Assembly (NCBI GenBank): GCA_036787815.1
Contig: DAIQOP010000002.1
Coordinates: 1 to 43,430 of the forward strand
DNA length: 43,430 bases
From: Actinomycetota bacterium
Lineage (GTDB): Bacteria > Actinomycetota > Acidimicrobiia > IMCC26256 > PALSA-610
Direction: 5' to 3'
The notes under the pieces: generated by a model
The model's database searches: none
What the model saw: the letters and a program-made list of their open reading frames with translations, nothing else
What the model was told of the DNA's origin: nothing
Part shown: positions 42,015 to 43,430 of the stretch, in pieces
Layout: each line of letters begins with the position of its first letter
Numbering within the stretch: the first letter of the stretch is position 1
Made by a program: the position numbers and the translations under genes

Positions 42015-43281
42015 AGACCACGCTCGCGCCGGTACTGATCTTGCCCAGCGCGATCTCGGGTGCCTCACTCGCCGGGAGCGCATCCGGGTCGATCACCGCC
42101 TCGTAGGCGAACTGCTCCGACCCGTTCGTCGCGACCGCCCGGCACGACGCGCGCGGGTTGACCGCCTGCACGATGGCGTCGAGGGCGCGGTCGGCGCCGT
42201 CGCCGAGGTACGCGAACCAGGTGAAGTCGTCGCCTTCTTCGAGCGCGGCACACTCCCCGAGCGCGAACCGCACGCGCTGGTCGTCGACGACCTCGACCGA
42301 CAGGTCGACGTAGCTACGCGGGTAGAAGACCGGGTGCACCTGCAGCAACTTCGCGATCGCCGACGCGCCGTCGCCCGTGATGCCCATCGCGGTACGCAGA
42401 CGTTGCGCCGTGAGGCCGGCGAGCCCGGTGAACACCTGCGGGTTGATGGCCGCGGCCACGGATTCGCCGTAGTGCTGCGAGACCGAGAGCAGGAACGCGC
42501 GGAAGAGCAGGTGGCTCTGCACCGCCACCTCTTGGAGCGCGACCACGAGCGCCGAGTGGGAGAGGTCTTCGAGCTCGAAGTCGGGGTCGAACTCGCCGCT
42601 CAGGTCGGCCCAGCCGCCGGGCTCGGCGTCGTGGTCGGGCCGGAGCACTTCGATGCCGGCGATCTTGGAGCGCTCGACGATGGCGACGTTGGGATGCGCC
42701 AGCACCGGTTCGGCGTCGGCGACGATCTCGATCGTCCAGTGGCAGTGCGGCTCACGGTCGGCGGGCAGGCGCGGTGGGCGGTGCACCGGCCGCACCCGCG
42801 CGCGCGGATTCGTCGCCACCGCGGTCGCGTCGAAGGTGGGGTCTTCGATGGCGTGGCACATGCCGTCGACGTACTCCTCACCCATCGGCTCGACGTCCAT
42901 GAGCGCGCCGCAGTGCGCGAGCCAGAACTCGCCGTGCTCGGCGTCGTGCGCCCGGCACCGGAAGTCCATGAAGTGGTGGGGCGCGCCGACGTCGAGCTGG
43001 AGGTTCTTGAGGATCGTCGGCACGTCGCCGTTCGCGAAGTTGAACGCGCGCTGCACACGGCGCGAGTACACCGGGCTCGCCGCCATCCACTCCTCGATCG
43101 CGACGTCCTGCATCTCCTCGCGCGAGCGGTTCGTATGCACGAGCGGCATACCGACCCGATCCTGGAGGTGCCCGTGCAACAGCCATTCGCGCCCCAACAC
43201 CGCCAGCGCGCGCCGGGACAACCGCGTCAGGTCGAACTCCGGCTCGAACGCCCCTGAGAGGTCGGTCAACATGTGGACCAT
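41986..43281 (-). CDS. hypothetical protein with an internal two-fold duplication; Cys/His-rich N-terminal half
   Basis: 431 aa. DLSGAFEPEFDLTRLSRRALAVLGREW (residues ~7-33) parallels DLSGEFDPDFELEDLSHSALVVALQEV (~226-252), and the similarity continues for ~150 aa. ATG at 43272 is an alternative start. The 3' end overlaps the convergent ligase gene by 29 nt. Confidence 0.75.
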   Translation of the reverse strand: MVHMLTDLSGAFEPEFDLTRLSRRALAVLGREWLLHGHLQDRVGMPLVHTNRSREEMQDVAIEEWMAASPVYSRRVQRAFNFANGDVPTILKNLQLDVGAPHHFMDFRCRAHDAEHGEFWLAHCGALMDVEPMGEEYVDGMCHAIEDPTFDATAVATNPRARVRPVHRPPRLPADREPHCHWTIEIVADAEPVLAHPNVAIVERSKIAGIEVLRPDHDAEPGGWADLSGEFDPDFELEDLSHSALVVALQEVAVQSHLLFRAFLLSVSQHYGESVAAAINPQVFTGLAGLTAQRLRTAMGITGDGASAIAKLLQVHPVFYPRSYVDLSVEVVDDQRVRFALGECAALEEGDDFTWFAYLGDGADRALDAIVQAVNPRASCRAVATNGSEQFAYEAVIDPDALPASEAPEIALGKISTGASVVFTPRRPVRV

Positions 43282-43287
43282 TCCTAC

Positions 43288-43430
43288 GTCTGCTCCATTC
43301 TTACGGTCGCATACGCGTGCGCTTCACGACCTTGTGGCGCACTGATCACGGCTGCTGCGTCTGCTCGCTTCTTACCGGTCGCATACGCGTGCGCTTCACG
43401 ACCTTGTGGCGCACTGATCACGGCTGCTGC
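43288..43430. repeat. tandem direct repeat, two units of 71 and 72 bp, running to the window edge
   Basis: Unit 1 is 43288-43358 and unit 2 is 43359-43430. They differ by 2 substitutions and 1 indel in the first 18 nt, and the last 54 nt are identical (GGTCGCATACGCGTGCGCTTCACGACCTTGTGGCGCACTGATCACGGCTGCTGC). The repeat starts 7 nt upstream of ATG 43281. Confidence 0.9.

Noticed and set aside
43288-43430. Possible CRISPR array at the window edge
   Set aside because: The 71/72-bp units are near-identical along their full length, so there are no unique spacers. No cas genes are nearby.
1-43430. Mobile genetic element, prophage or defence island
   Set aside because: I recognised no transposase, integrase, recombinase, toxin-antitoxin, restriction or cas-like ORFs. 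Composition looks uniform, and gene content is metabolic or housekeeping throughout.

Overview
This is a 43.4-kb, roughly 70% GC, very gene-dense bacterial chromosomal segment. A class E-type sortase, a 72-aa TB7.3-like biotin carrier, a CGNR zinc-finger protein and many TANNNT boxes 6-8 nt ahead of start codons (leaderless-type starts) point to Actinomycetota; this is inference. (1) 1-6002, minus strand: a complete System I cytochrome c maturation operon, ccmA-B-C-D-E-F-G-H, plus a coupled partial ORF at the left edge. ccmD (45 aa) is missing from the ORF track. (2) 6.1-12.0 kb: sortase, PLP-dependent dehydratase, PLDc_N membrane protein, and a crotonase / carboxyltransferase / mini biotin carrier / crotonase operon. 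(3) 12.2-18.2 kb: a DUF5317-like membrane protein lies convergent with a translationally coupled pair of polytopic HD-domain proteins, one catalytic-looking and one degenerate. Next comes a ~500-bp gene-free gap holding a 260-bp element bounded by 37/39-nt inverted repeats, then an unknown two-module protein, a GT4 glycosyltransferase and a 2-TM peptide. (4) 18.3-22.1 kb: aldo/keto reductase, VOC protein, candidate 37-aa ORF, CGNR protein, TetR regulator, pantothenate kinase. (5) 22.1-43.3 kb: a dense acyl-CoA/lipid catabolic island. It holds an SCP-x type thiolase, an HMG-CoA-synthase-like/DUF35 fusion that lacks the catalytic Cys and Glu, two family III CoA-transferases and four acyl-CoA dehydrogenases. 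It also holds hotdog hydratases, two non-canonical crotonase paralogs, two acyl-CoA ligases, a serine hydrolase, a nucleosidase-family protein, a BNR propeller and two unknown proteins. The window ends in a 71/72-bp tandem repeat. I recognised no rRNA, tRNA, CRISPR, transposase, integrase or phage genes. Most long track ORFs antisense to or out of frame with the genes below are GC-driven shadow ORFs. All family assignments come from motif recognition by eye, not from searches.
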